A stretch of DNA of 64,000 nt, taken from Pedosphaera sp. (GTDB lineage: Bacteria; Verrucomicrobiota; Verrucomicrobiia; Limisphaerales; SIBH01). This document shows, piece by piece, positions 1-7,986 of this stretch. Where the stretch lies: assembly GCA_031414955.1 (NCBI GenBank), contig JANOQV010000030.1, positions 1 through 64,000 of the forward strand, given 5' to 3'. The notes under the pieces are model-generated. The model was not told the origin of the DNA. It saw only the letters and a list, made by a program, of their open reading frames with translations, and ran no database searches. How positions within the stretch are numbered: position 1 is the first letter of the stretch; each line of letters starts with the position of its first letter. A program made the translations under genes and the position numbers.

Positions 1-165
1 GCGCTCGAAGAGAAGAAGATCAACACCAGCGTGCCGGTTGACACCGACCTGTATGGCAGCACGCTCTACATCCGCTCCAAGCCCGTCTGCCCGGCCGCCG
101 GCACCTACTCGGAGCTCTCGGTGATCACCAAGCCGACCTGCGACGTTCCCGGCCACACGCTCTAA
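1..165 (+). CDS. Type IV pilin paralog 1, C-terminal part (5' end outside the window)
   Basis: Not in the ORF track. Frame 1 reads ALEEKKINTSVPVDTDLYGSTLYIRSKPVCPAAGTYSELSVITKPTCDVPGHTL-TAA(163-165). This aligns without gaps to the C-terminal halves of the two downstream pilins (ALEQK...DLFG..YIREKP.CP..G.Y......KP.C....H). Confidence 0.9.
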   Translation, partial: ALEEKKINTSVPVDTDLYGSTLYIRSKPVCPAAGTYSELSVITKPTCDVPGHTL

Positions 166-200
166 GCGGTTGCCACGCTAAACAATTAGCGATTTTCAAT

Positions 201-237
201 GGCTCGGGGGCGTCCCCGGGCTTCTTTTTTTGTTTTT
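201..237 (+). terminator. Rho-independent terminator after pilin 1
   Basis: Hairpin GGCTCGGGG-gcgt-CCCCGGGCT followed by TCTTTTTTTGTTTTT. Confidence 0.75.
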
Positions 238-263
238 GTCATTCCGGCCCGGTCTGCTAGTTT
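236..263 (+). promoter_or_regulatory. Putative sigma70 promoter of pilin 2
   Basis: TTGTCA (236-241), 16-nt spacer, TAGTTT (258-263) with an extended -10 TG at 255-256. It lies 30 nt upstream of ATG 294. Confidence 0.4.
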
Positions 264-293
264 CCTGCACCAGAGCACGCGGAGACACAGACT

Positions 294-638
294 ATGCAAA
301 TAAAAATCAAACGGAGCGTGGGATTCACCCTCGTTGAAATCATGATCGTGGTGGCCATCATCGGCTTGTTGGCCGCCATCGCCATCCCCAACTTCATCAA
401 GGCCCGGCAGGCCAGCCAGCGCGCGGCTTGCGTGGCAAACCTCAAGACCATGGACGGGGCCAAGGCCACCTGGGCGCTCGAGCAGAAGAAGACCAACACC
501 GACAGTCCGACGGACGCGGATCTTTTCGGCAACACTTCCTACATCCGCGAGAAACCGAGCTGCCCGGCGGGCGGCAATTACACGCTGAATGACGTGCAGA
601 CCAAACCGGCCTGCACCATCCCGGAACATTCTTTCTGA
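294..638 (+). CDS. Type IV pilin (prepilin N-terminal cleavage/methylation domain), paralog 2, 114 aa
   Basis: Class III signal: basic leader MQIKIKRSVG|FTLVEIMIVVAIIGLLAAIAIPNF with G-1, F+1, E+5. Short globular head. Confidence 0.95.
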   Translation: MQIKIKRSVGFTLVEIMIVVAIIGLLAAIAIPNFIKARQASQRAACVANLKTMDGAKATWALEQKKTNTDSPTDADLFGNTSYIREKPSCPAGGNYTLNDVQTKPACTIPEHSF

Positions 639-660
639 GCGAACCTCTTTGAACACGCGC

Positions 661-695
661 GCGGCCCGGGAGTTCTCCCGGGCCGCTTTCTTTTT
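661..695 (+). terminator. Rho-independent terminator after pilin 2
   Basis: Perfect 11-bp stem GCGGCCCGGGA-gttc-TCCCGGGCCGC followed by TTTCTTTTT. Confidence 0.85.
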
Positions 696-767
696 ACCAC
701 GCAACTTCAAGGTCACGCCGCTGTTCCTTTCCTCGCGCCCATTACGGCGTGAAAAAAGGAAAACACT

Positions 768-1112
768 ATGCGTATTCATCGTTCCACACGGTCGGCCTTC
801 ACTCTGGTCGAAATCATGATCGTCGTCGCCATCATTGGCTTGCTCGCGGCCATCGCCATCCCCAACTTCATCAAGGCCCGCGAGGCCGCGCAGCGCACCG
901 CCTGCGCCCAAAACCTCCGCGCCATCGACGGGGTCAAATCCACCTGGGCCTTGGAGCAGAAACGATCCAGCAGTGACACTCCGGCGGATGGCGATCTATT
1001 CGGGACCGCGCTCTATCTGCGCGAGAAGCCCACCTGTCCGGCCAGCGGCACCTACTCGCTCAACCAGGTGGACGCGAAGCCGGCCTGCACCGTGGTGGCG
1101 CACACCCTCTGA
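768..1112 (+). CDS. Type IV pilin paralog 3, 114 aa
   Basis: MRIHRSTRSA|FTLVEIMIVVAIIGLLAAIAIPNF. AGGA Shine-Dalgarno upstream. Collinear with paralog 2. Confidence 0.95.
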   Translation: MRIHRSTRSAFTLVEIMIVVAIIGLLAAIAIPNFIKAREAAQRTACAQNLRAIDGVKSTWALEQKRSSSDTPADGDLFGTALYLREKPTCPASGTYSLNQVDAKPACTVVAHTL

Positions 1113-3421
1113 ATTCGTCCCTCGCGCTGGGCCGGGCCGGACCGCAACCAGACCAGCAGGCAGAGCAGCAGTGACGCGCCGGAAAGGCCCGCGCCCGCGC
1201 GGAACTTCGAGTCGCTGTAAACGAGCTGGACGCGATGTTTGCCGGCGGGAACCTGCAAGGCCTGGAAGGCATGGTTGGCGCGCAACAAGGCCACCGTTTC
1301 ACCATCGACGGTGGCCTTCCATTTCGGATCGTAGGATTGCGCGACCACGACCAGCGCGGGCGCGGGCGAGTCCACCTCCAGCGAAATCGACGCGTGGGCG
1401 AACGTGACGGGACCGAGCGTGGCGGGTGCGGCGTTCGAGACCGTGACCACGCGCCGGATCGAGTTGGGCAGCAGAACGGTCTGGCGCGGGTTGAAGGACT
1501 GGTTGGTCAACGCGGCCAGAATTCTTTCGTCCTCCAGGAAGACCGGCGCGGCTCCGGCCGTGACCAGGGGCAGGGCCGAAGCGCGGCGCGACCATTCCGA
1601 AGCCGAGTTCGGACTGGTGATGAAGCCAACCCCGAGAAAGTCGAGCAAGCCGGCGGGCAGACGATTGGTCAGGGAGTAAAGGGATTGTTCGACCTGGCGC
1701 TGCTCTTTGATTTGCAAGGTGGAGGAACCGTTCACCTTGGCCACGCCATCAAGCAGGTTGAGGTTCGACCATTCGGCGCGGCGTTTGAATTCCCAGACGC
1801 GCTGCGCATTCGTGCTGGAGAGCAGGGTGAGCCTGCCCTCCGCTTCCGGGGTGATCAGCACGCGCGGTTCGCCGGGGCGCGGCGGCGTCGATTCCTCTGT
1901 CCAGTAATGTTGAGTGAACAGCGCCGCCGGCAGGGTCGGATTCTGTCGCGGTGAATGGAGGCGCGCATCGGCCGCGATCAAGGCCAGCGCGCCCAGCGCA
2001 AGGACTGGGGCCAGTCGTTTGGCGGTGAGAGATTTCGCGAGCAAGACCAGCGTCGTGAGGAGCAATCCGCAGCGCACCGCGAGATTCATCAGACCATCGG
2101 GCAGAAGATTTCCCGGGGCGGTCTTGCTCCAGGTGTAAGCGGTGTTGGCCCGAAAATTTCCCGGCCAGCCGGAGTAATCCACCAAGCGTTGCCCTTGCGC
2201 GGCCCAGCCCACGGCCAACATGGTGGCGAGGACGAAGACTCCCGCCACGAACACGCCCGTACTGAGTCGCGACTTCACCACCGCCGCCAGGCCGCAGCCC
2301 GCGAGCAACGGCACCACGAAGGCCAGCACGAAGAGAAACTTCACCGGATAGCGCGCCAGTCCCACGAGCGGCACCGCGTCGCGCATGGCCCGGAAGACCG
2401 GCGTCTGATCGCCGAAGGCCATGACCAGGCTGAGGGCCGCCAATCCCAGCAGCACGGCCACGCGCAAATCCGGCCAGCGAAACAATCCGACCAGCGCGAA
2501 GGTCACGGCCACGCCGCCCAGATAAACGGAGGACAGGAAGCCTTGAGCATATTGGTAATACTGGCCGCCCGGCGTCTCGAAGGCGTTGTAGAGCGGCACG
2601 AGAAAATTGGCCCAGCCCCACAATGGCAACTGCCACTTGCCCGTGCCGAAGCCCGCCTCGCGATGGGAGAGTTGCAGCAGATCGAAGAACGGCACCAGTT
2701 GCGCCGCCGCCAGGCCCGCCGTGAGGGCGACCACGGCGAGCAACCGCTTGAACAAAGGCAGCGCCGATCCCGGCGCGCGGGCCGCATCACACAGCCAGAG
2801 CGCGCCGACGATGATCCAGGTGAACAGGATGACCTCGGGCGCGCCCGAGAGCATTTGCAGTCCCGCCGCCAGCGCCGCGCCCACGATCCAGCGTCCGCCT
2901 TCGCGCCCGGCGCGTTCCGCGAGCAGCACCACCCACGGCATCCAGCCGAGGGTGACGAGGTAATTGGGCCAGATGAAACTGGCGAACAGGACGCCGCTGA
3001 ACACATACGTCGTTCCCGCCAGCGCGCCGGCGGAATTCGTCTGGGTCCACTGCCGGGCCAGCGCGTGCATCCCCAGGCCGCCCAGCCAGACGTGCAGAAA
3101 ACAAAACAGGCTCAACGACCAGGGCAGCGGCAGCAGCAGGTAAATCAGCGAGCCGGGATACAACGACATCGTGCCCCACTGCGCGAGAAACGGCTGGCCG
3201 CAGTTGCTGTAGGGATTCCACATCGGCAATTCGCCGCGGGCAAAACACTCGCGTTGAAAGTGAATGTTCGGATAGCCGAGCACGCCGTAATCGCGGGAGA
3301 AGAACGACTCCAGTCCGGCCAGCACCTGCGGGTAACAGGCGAACAACGCCAGGGCGAGGAACAGTCCGAAGGGCAGGGGACGCAACCAGCGTTCCAGCGG
3401 GGAGTCGTTGTTGGCGTTCAT
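1052..3421 (-). CDS. YfhO-like multi-pass membrane protein (GT-C fold glycosyltransferase candidate), 789 aa
   Basis: N-terminal FSRD...YP...GELPMWNPYSNCGQPFLA...LYP motif and about 11-13 hydrophobic segments. Periplasmic C-domain with SYDPKWKATVDG...RANHAFQALQVPAGKHRVQLVY and a final TM helix, typical of YfhO-family proteins. Confidence 0.8.
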   Translation of the reverse strand: MNANNDSPLERWLRPLPFGLFLALALFACYPQVLAGLESFFSRDYGVLGYPNIHFQRECFARGELPMWNPYSNCGQPFLAQWGTMSLYPGSLIYLLLPLPWSLSLFCFLHVWLGGLGMHALARQWTQTNSAGALAGTTYVFSGVLFASFIWPNYLVTLGWMPWVVLLAERAGREGGRWIVGAALAAGLQMLSGAPEVILFTWIIVGALWLCDAARAPGSALPLFKRLLAVVALTAGLAAAQLVPFFDLLQLSHREAGFGTGKWQLPLWGWANFLVPLYNAFETPGGQYYQYAQGFLSSVYLGGVAVTFALVGLFRWPDLRVAVLLGLAALSLVMAFGDQTPVFRAMRDAVPLVGLARYPVKFLFVLAFVVPLLAGCGLAAVVKSRLSTGVFVAGVFVLATMLAVGWAAQGQRLVDYSGWPGNFRANTAYTWSKTAPGNLLPDGLMNLAVRCGLLLTTLVLLAKSLTAKRLAPVLALGALALIAADARLHSPRQNPTLPAALFTQHYWTEESTPPRPGEPRVLITPEAEGRLTLLSSTNAQRVWEFKRRAEWSNLNLLDGVAKVNGSSTLQIKEQRQVEQSLYSLTNRLPAGLLDFLGVGFITSPNSASEWSRRASALPLVTAGAAPVFLEDERILAALTNQSFNPRQTVLLPNSIRRVVTVSNAAPATLGPVTFAHASISLEVDSPAPALVVVAQSYDPKWKATVDGETVALLRANHAFQALQVPAGKHRVQLVYSDSKFRAGAGLSGASLLLCLLVWLRSGPAQREGRIQRVCATTVQAGFASTWLSE

Positions 3422-3449
3422 GGCCGTGCATTAAGCGCGACGCGGGCCG

Positions 3450-3639
3450 AAGCTCCAAGCACCAAGATGCCGCGGGGCAGGGCCGACGCATCTAAATGCA
3501 GACTGGAGCCAGGGTGAAAAGCACCAAGCCTCAAACCCCAAGCACCAGAGAAGCTCCAAACCCCAGGCACCAAACGGTGCTCACGGTTGCGGACGCGTCG
3601 GGCGGCCGACACGGGCTTGGGATTTGGTGCTTGGGGCTT
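3450..3639. repeat. Degenerate heptamer (AA[A/G]CxCC-type) tandem repeats with an inverted arm
   Basis: AAGCTCC AAGCACC (3450-3463); AAGCACC AAGCCTC AAACCCC AAGCACC agag AAGCTCC AAACCCC AGGCACC (3519-3571); complementary arm CGGGCTT GGGATTT GGTGCTT GGGGCTT (3612-3639). Confidence 0.75.
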
Positions 3640-3694
3640 CGGCTTCACCTTCCCAGGCTGATTTTGATGCGTCGGCTCTGTGCAGCGGGGCGGG

Positions 3695-5569
3695 TCAGCG
3701 CCGCGCGCGCGCGGTGGCCAGGGACTGTTGCGCCGCCTTCGCGTGCGGATCGTATTTCACCACCGCCTCGAACTGTTCCGCCGCTTCCCGGGCGCGACCC
3801 AGTTCCAGCAACAATCCGCCGTAGCTCATGCGAAAAGCCCGTTGCTGGGGCAACTGCTTCACTGCTTGTTCGTATTGTGCCGCCGCCGCCGGACCCTGGC
3901 CCATCTGCTTGAGCAGGTTGCCAAAGTTGAAACGGATCATCGGGTCGTCCGGTCGCGCCGCCACGGCCTGCTGATAAGTCATCAGCGCCTGGTTGAAGTC
4001 CGCCGTGGTGGCCCGCTGCGCCATGGCCTGCAACTCCCGCTCCGCCGCCGTCTGCCGCTCCGCGTGCTCCAGTTGATCGAGAAAGGGCGCGTGCCCGGTC
4101 AGGCGCACGATGGCGCTGCGCACGTTGTAATCATCAATGGTGGTGTAGGCCAGTTGCCGCGCGCATTGCTCGCGCGTCAGCACCGGGCGGTCGGCGGCGG
4201 GCAGCTTCAACACCGCCGCGACCTGCGGCAGCAGCGTCGCCGCCATCAGATGATCGCCGTCGAATTTGAAATGCACATGCTCTTGCAGAATCTCCGCGCC
4301 CACCACGCCCTGCCGGGCCAGCGGACTGGCCGCGAGTTGCCGCTCCTGATCGGCGAGATGCACGCGCGGGCCGCTGTTCGTGGCGAGCGTGCGCACCGTG
4401 TCGTTCAACCGGCGGTCGGTGCGGAATTGAATCGTGTCGCGGTCCCGGGCCAGCCCGTAATGGCGCCGGGCTTCGTTGGTTTGGCCCGCCGCCTCGTAGC
4501 CCCGCGCCAGGCGGAAGTTCAGTTCCGCAAAATGATCGTCGAGGCGCGCGGCCGCTTCGTAGCTGACCAGCGCGTTCGTGATCTCGCCCCGCGCTTCGGC
4601 CGCCGCCCCGGCCGCGACGAGTTGTTCCCACTGCTTGAGTTGATCCGCGCTCAAATCCCGGCGGTGCAACGAACCCAGCGGCGGCAGGTCGCGCAAATTC
4701 ACCGCCACCGTGCAGACCAGCGCCTGCGCCCCGGCGTCCGTGGCCGAGTCGCAGATGTCGCGCAGGTTCAACTCGAAGTTGCGATAGACCGGTTCACGTC
4801 GCGGATCATCCAGGGCCACCCGATGGCGGCGGAAGAGTTCCATGTCCTGCGCCGGGGCCGGGCGCTCCCGGCTCCACCGCCGCAGGAGCGATTCAAACAG
4901 TTGCGCCAGCTTCAAGCGCCGGACCGCGTGCTGGCCGCGCAGCCAGCGCACGTTCGAGCTGAATTGAAATTCATCCGGGTCGGGCGCGTGCCGTCCGATC
5001 ATCTCGTTGTTGCCCATGTAGATGAGGAACAAATCGGGCGCGAGCCCCGCGCACTCGGCGGCGATTTGCCGCACCATGTGCGAGTCGATGCCGCGCATGG
5101 CCGCGATGACGACCTCGAAGCGCTGGCTCGGATGCTGGTCGCGCAGCATCAGCTCCAGCATGCGCGCGAAGCCAAAGGCCGGGTCGGGCGTGCCAGCGGC
5201 GGCCGATTCACCGAGCACGAAAATGCGGAACGTGCCGGGCGCTTTTTCCTTGGGGAACAAAATGGGCGGAGGCGAAGTCGCCTTGCCCGGTGCGTAAAAC
5301 TGCCAGCCAAACTTCTGGTTCGTGGTCAGCGCCTTGCCGTCCGCCACCCGCTCAAAAAACTTCGTGGAGTAACCGAATCCGCCCAGGCGCAGGGCCAGTT
5401 CCAGCAGGACGAGCAACAGCACCGGCAGGAGGCTGGCCACGAGCCGCGCCCGCCCGCGATGCTTGACCCAGGTGCGGGGCGGGACGCGGCGAACCTTGGG
5501 TTCGGCCTCCGCCGCTGGCGTCCCGGATTGGTCGCGGTTCAGCCGCTTCTGTCTGGATTTTTGTCCCAT
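3695..5569 (-). CDS. Membrane-anchored SGNH/GDSL-like domain protein with TPR repeats
   Basis: Probable start MGQKSRQK at 5569, then TM LVASLLPVLLLVLLELAL. SGNH-like blocks VLGESAAAG, YMGNNE and EHVHF. TPR-like helices (AELNFRLARGYEAAGQ; PMIRFNFGNLLKQMGQ; YGGLLLELGRAREAAEQFEAVVKYDP). Confidence 0.8.
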   Translation of the reverse strand: MGQKSRQKRLNRDQSGTPAAEAEPKVRRVPPRTWVKHRGRARLVASLLPVLLLVLLELALRLGGFGYSTKFFERVADGKALTTNQKFGWQFYAPGKATSPPPILFPKEKAPGTFRIFVLGESAAAGTPDPAFGFARMLELMLRDQHPSQRFEVVIAAMRGIDSHMVRQIAAECAGLAPDLFLIYMGNNEMIGRHAPDPDEFQFSSNVRWLRGQHAVRRLKLAQLFESLLRRWSRERPAPAQDMELFRRHRVALDDPRREPVYRNFELNLRDICDSATDAGAQALVCTVAVNLRDLPPLGSLHRRDLSADQLKQWEQLVAAGAAAEARGEITNALVSYEAAARLDDHFAELNFRLARGYEAAGQTNEARRHYGLARDRDTIQFRTDRRLNDTVRTLATNSGPRVHLADQERQLAASPLARQGVVGAEILQEHVHFKFDGDHLMAATLLPQVAAVLKLPAADRPVLTREQCARQLAYTTIDDYNVRSAIVRLTGHAPFLDQLEHAERQTAAERELQAMAQRATTADFNQALMTYQQAVAARPDDPMIRFNFGNLLKQMGQGPAAAAQYEQAVKQLPQQRAFRMSYGGLLLELGRAREAAEQFEAVVKYDPHAKAAQQSLATARARR

Positions 5570-5714
5570 GCCCACGCCCAGACACCACAAGCTTCCCCGG
5601 CTTGGGTTGGTCAAAGGCGATGGGGAAAGGTCAGCAGAAGGTGCGGGCAGCGTCGAGAGATAATTGGCGGAACGCCGCCATCAGGGCGCAGCTTGCGGGC
5701 CTGTTACCCCAATC

Positions 5715-5826
5715 CCGGAGCGCGGGCTTTCCAGCCCGCAGCGATGTGGAACGACCCAACGCGCGGCGAGAGCGGAAGCGGTCAGCCCATGGAGCGTTGC
5801 TGCGGACTGGAAAGTCCGCGCTCCGG
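5715..5826. repeat. REP-like inverted doublet (REPIN-type)
   Basis: CCGGAGCGCGGGCTTTCCAGCCCGCAGC (5715-5742) and its inverted copy GCTGCGGACTGGAAAGTCCGCGCTCCGG (5799-5826), 26/28 identical. Each arm has an internal hairpin. Confidence 0.8.
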
Positions 5827-5862
5827 TGCTGGTGTCGAATCGCCCCCCGCACGCCTCCGCAG

Positions 5863-5883
5863 GCAATTTGGTGTTTGGTTTTT
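5863..5883. repeat. Short copy of the heptamer repeat (GCAATTT GGTGTTT GGTTTTT)
   Basis: Three degenerate GGxxTTT-like units resembling those at 3612-3639 and 63353-63391. Confidence 0.4.
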
Positions 5884-5913
5884 TGGGTGGAGTGTTTCTA
5901 CGCTCATCGCTTG

Positions 5914-6966
5914 ATGAAGAACAAAGCGCCGCTTCCAGTCACCGTGCTCACCGGCTATCTCGGTGCGGGCAAGACCACGCTCTTGAACCATCTGCTCACC
6001 CAGCCGCACGGCTACAAGTGCGCCATCGTCATCAATGAGTTCGGCCCCATCAGCATCGACAACCAGCTCGTGGTGGGCGCGGATGAGGAAATCGTGGAAC
6101 TCAACAACGGCTGCCTCTGCTGCCGGGTGCGGGGCGATTTGATCAAGAGCTTGAACGATTTGTTCCAGAAGAAGAAACGCTTCGACTACGTGCTCATCGA
6201 GACCACCGGCCTGGCCGACCCCAGCCCCATCGTCCACACCTTCATGGCCTCGGACCTCGCGGACAAGCTGCGCTTGGACGGCATCGTGACCGTGGTGGAC
6301 GCGCGGCATTTTGAAAATGAATTGGAACAAGGGCCGGAGCCGCGCGCGCAGATCGCCTTCGCCGATGTCATCCTGCTCAACAAGACGGACCTGGTTTCGC
6401 CCGCGGATGTGGAACGCCTCGAGTCGCGGCTGCGGAGCATGAATGCGCTGGCCAAAATTCATCGCACCCAGAAGTCGCAGATCGACATTGGCAAGCTGCT
6501 CAACATCAAGGCGCGCGAGCTGACCGCTCCCTTGGAATTGCCCAAGCCCACCAAGCTGACCCTGACGCCCGTCGAGACGCCGCACGACCACGCGCACTGC
6601 GACCACGACCATTGTGATCACGAGCACGAGCATCACCACGCTCCTGCGCCGCAGGGCCAGCACGACGAACTGGTGCGTTCCTTTTTCATCGAGGAAGAGC
6701 GCCCGCTCGATTTGCCCAAGCTCGAGAAGTGGCTGGGCGAATTGCTCAACAGTTCGGGCGAGAAGATTTACCGCTGCAAAGGCGTGCTCAACATCCAGGG
6801 CATTCCCAAGCGCGTGGTCGTGCAAGGCGTGCAGATGATGCTCGACTCCGCGCCGGATCGTTTCTGGAACGCCGGGGAAAAGCGCCTGAGCCAGTTCGTC
6901 TTCATCGGCCGCGAGTTGGACGAGCCGGCCATCCGCGCCGGTTTCCAATCCTGTCTGGCCGCGTGA
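5914..6966 (+). CDS. COG0523/CobW-family G3E GTPase (putative metallochaperone), about 350 aa
   Basis: Start MKNKAPLPVTVLTG at 5914. Walker A GYLGAGKTT, GCLCC metal motif, IETTG, NKTD, His-rich linker HDHAHCDHDHCDHEHEHHH, and CobW C-terminal IYRCKG...QGVQ...FVFIGR. Confidence 0.93.
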   Translation: MKNKAPLPVTVLTGYLGAGKTTLLNHLLTQPHGYKCAIVINEFGPISIDNQLVVGADEEIVELNNGCLCCRVRGDLIKSLNDLFQKKKRFDYVLIETTGLADPSPIVHTFMASDLADKLRLDGIVTVVDARHFENELEQGPEPRAQIAFADVILLNKTDLVSPADVERLESRLRSMNALAKIHRTQKSQIDIGKLLNIKARELTAPLELPKPTKLTLTPVETPHDHAHCDHDHCDHEHEHHHAPAPQGQHDELVRSFFIEEERPLDLPKLEKWLGELLNSSGEKIYRCKGVLNIQGIPKRVVVQGVQMMLDSAPDRFWNAGEKRLSQFVFIGRELDEPAIRAGFQSCLAA

Positions 6967-7012
6967 GGCTGAAGTGCGCGGACGAAGTCTCCCGCCGTCT
7001 GGCCCAGCCAAG

Positions 7013-7039
7013 GTAGGGCGACGCTGTCCCCAGCGCGCC
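7013..7039 (+). repeat. Single GTAG-type REP-like palindrome
   Basis: GTAG followed by the imperfect hairpin GGCG(A)CGCTG-tccc-CAGCGCGCC, just downstream of the COG0523 stop. Confidence 0.55.
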
Positions 7040-7230
7040 GGGCCACGAATGGAGGAGAGTTCCCGCAGTAACGAATCGACTCTTGGCCAGACGTGGGAAT
7101 TAGGAATCACCGAGAGTTGACTCTGGGCCATGCGCAGCCATTGTGGCCATCAAAACACTGGGTCCGCCGTGGTTTTCATACCGGCGACCCAACTTGAGGC
7201 TGGCCTCGGGCATCATCAGCCCAAGGGTTG

Positions 7231-7986
7231 CTACAGTGTCGTGTTCTCGTCCTCCGTGGCGGCGACCGGAAGCGGACGCAATAGGTCGGTCAGTCCCTGC
7301 GCCTGGGCCTGAAGTTTTCCGGTGCAGGCTTTCTTGTCCACGCCGCTCTTGGAAGCTTCGTGGCTTTTGATGACCCAATACGCACCGAAGACATAGATGC
7401 CGGCGAGTTCGACGAAGAAGACCACGGGGTTGGGAGGCGGCAGGTGGGAGAGCAAAGCCCACGCGAGCAGAGGACAGAGCACCATGGCCCAACCGAGTAT
7501 TTGATAGGTCCGAAGGTAGCGTTTTCGCAGGGCGGGATCTGGAATCAGGGGCAAGGTGTCGGCCGCGCGCCAAATGCAGACGTAGGCGATGCAGACAAAG
7601 AAAGAGACCGCGCAGATCCCATGCAGGGAAAACAAACCGCCCTCGGCGGGCTTGAAGGCGGTGGGGAAGACCGCGACGCCGAGCGCGAGGCCGCCGGCGA
7701 GATTCAGCGCGTAATCTTCCAGACGGGAGTAGCCTTGATAGACCAAAAGCAGGCCACCCACGAGGAAGAGGATGCCCACGAATTCGTTGCGCATCAGACC
7801 CAACCCGGCTTGGTGAGAGTTACCGGCGTGGTAATAGGCGCTCATGGAACTGGCCAGGGGCAGCTTGTCCTTGAGCAGGCCGCCGATGCACAGCACGAGC
7901 GGGAAGGCGAAGGCCAGCACCGCGATGCCCAGGCGGAGCATCTGGTAGGTGGTGGAGATTTGCTTGCTCAAGTCTTTCGGTTTCAT
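7231..7986 (-). CDS. Hypothetical integral membrane protein (about 6 TM; resembles DUF998-type proteins), about 251 aa
   Basis: Probable start MKPKDLSK at 7986 (alternative 8028). Hydrophobic segments and motifs SMSAYYH, MRNEFVG, LHGICAVSFF, FFVELAGIYVFGAYW. Confidence 0.7.
   Translation of the reverse strand: MKPKDLSKQISTTYQMLRLGIAVLAFAFPLVLCIGGLLKDKLPLASSMSAYYHAGNSHQAGLGLMRNEFVGILFLVGGLLLVYQGYSRLEDYALNLAGGLALGVAVFPTAFKPAEGGLFSLHGICAVSFFVCIAYVCIWRAADTLPLIPDPALRKRYLRTYQILGWAMVLCPLLAWALLSHLPPPNPVVFFVELAGIYVFGAYWVIKSHEASKSGVDKKACTGKLQAQAQGLTDLLRPLPVAATEDENTTL

Noticed and set aside
1..1112. Diversity-generating retroelement or shufflon acting on the pilins or adhesin tips
   Set aside because: There is no reverse transcriptase or recombinase gene, no adenine-specific TR/VR pair and no inverted cassettes in the window.
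3519..3639. Possible CRISPR array in the repeat region, or in the periodic delta-60/Calx-beta DNA
   Set aside because: There are no 23-47 nt conserved repeats with unique spacers and no cas genes. Periodicity in the large genes is protein-level and degenerate.
3418..3648. 76-aa ORF (MKPKPQAPNPKP...) and the overlapping 3496-3912 ORF
   Set aside because: These are translations of the heptamer repeat tract, with no coding evidence.
5602..5913. N-terminal extension of the COG0523 ORF in the track (similar extensions at 8220, 15629, 33417 and 55797)
   Set aside because: The extensions run through REP or intergenic sequence or overlap neighbours. Family motifs or signal peptides begin at downstream ATGs.
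7077..7130. Wobble-rich 10-bp stem and a 12-nt near-direct repeat (GACTCT[T/G]GGCCA) between convergent genes
   Set aside because: Short enough to arise by chance, with no match to an RNA family I recognise.
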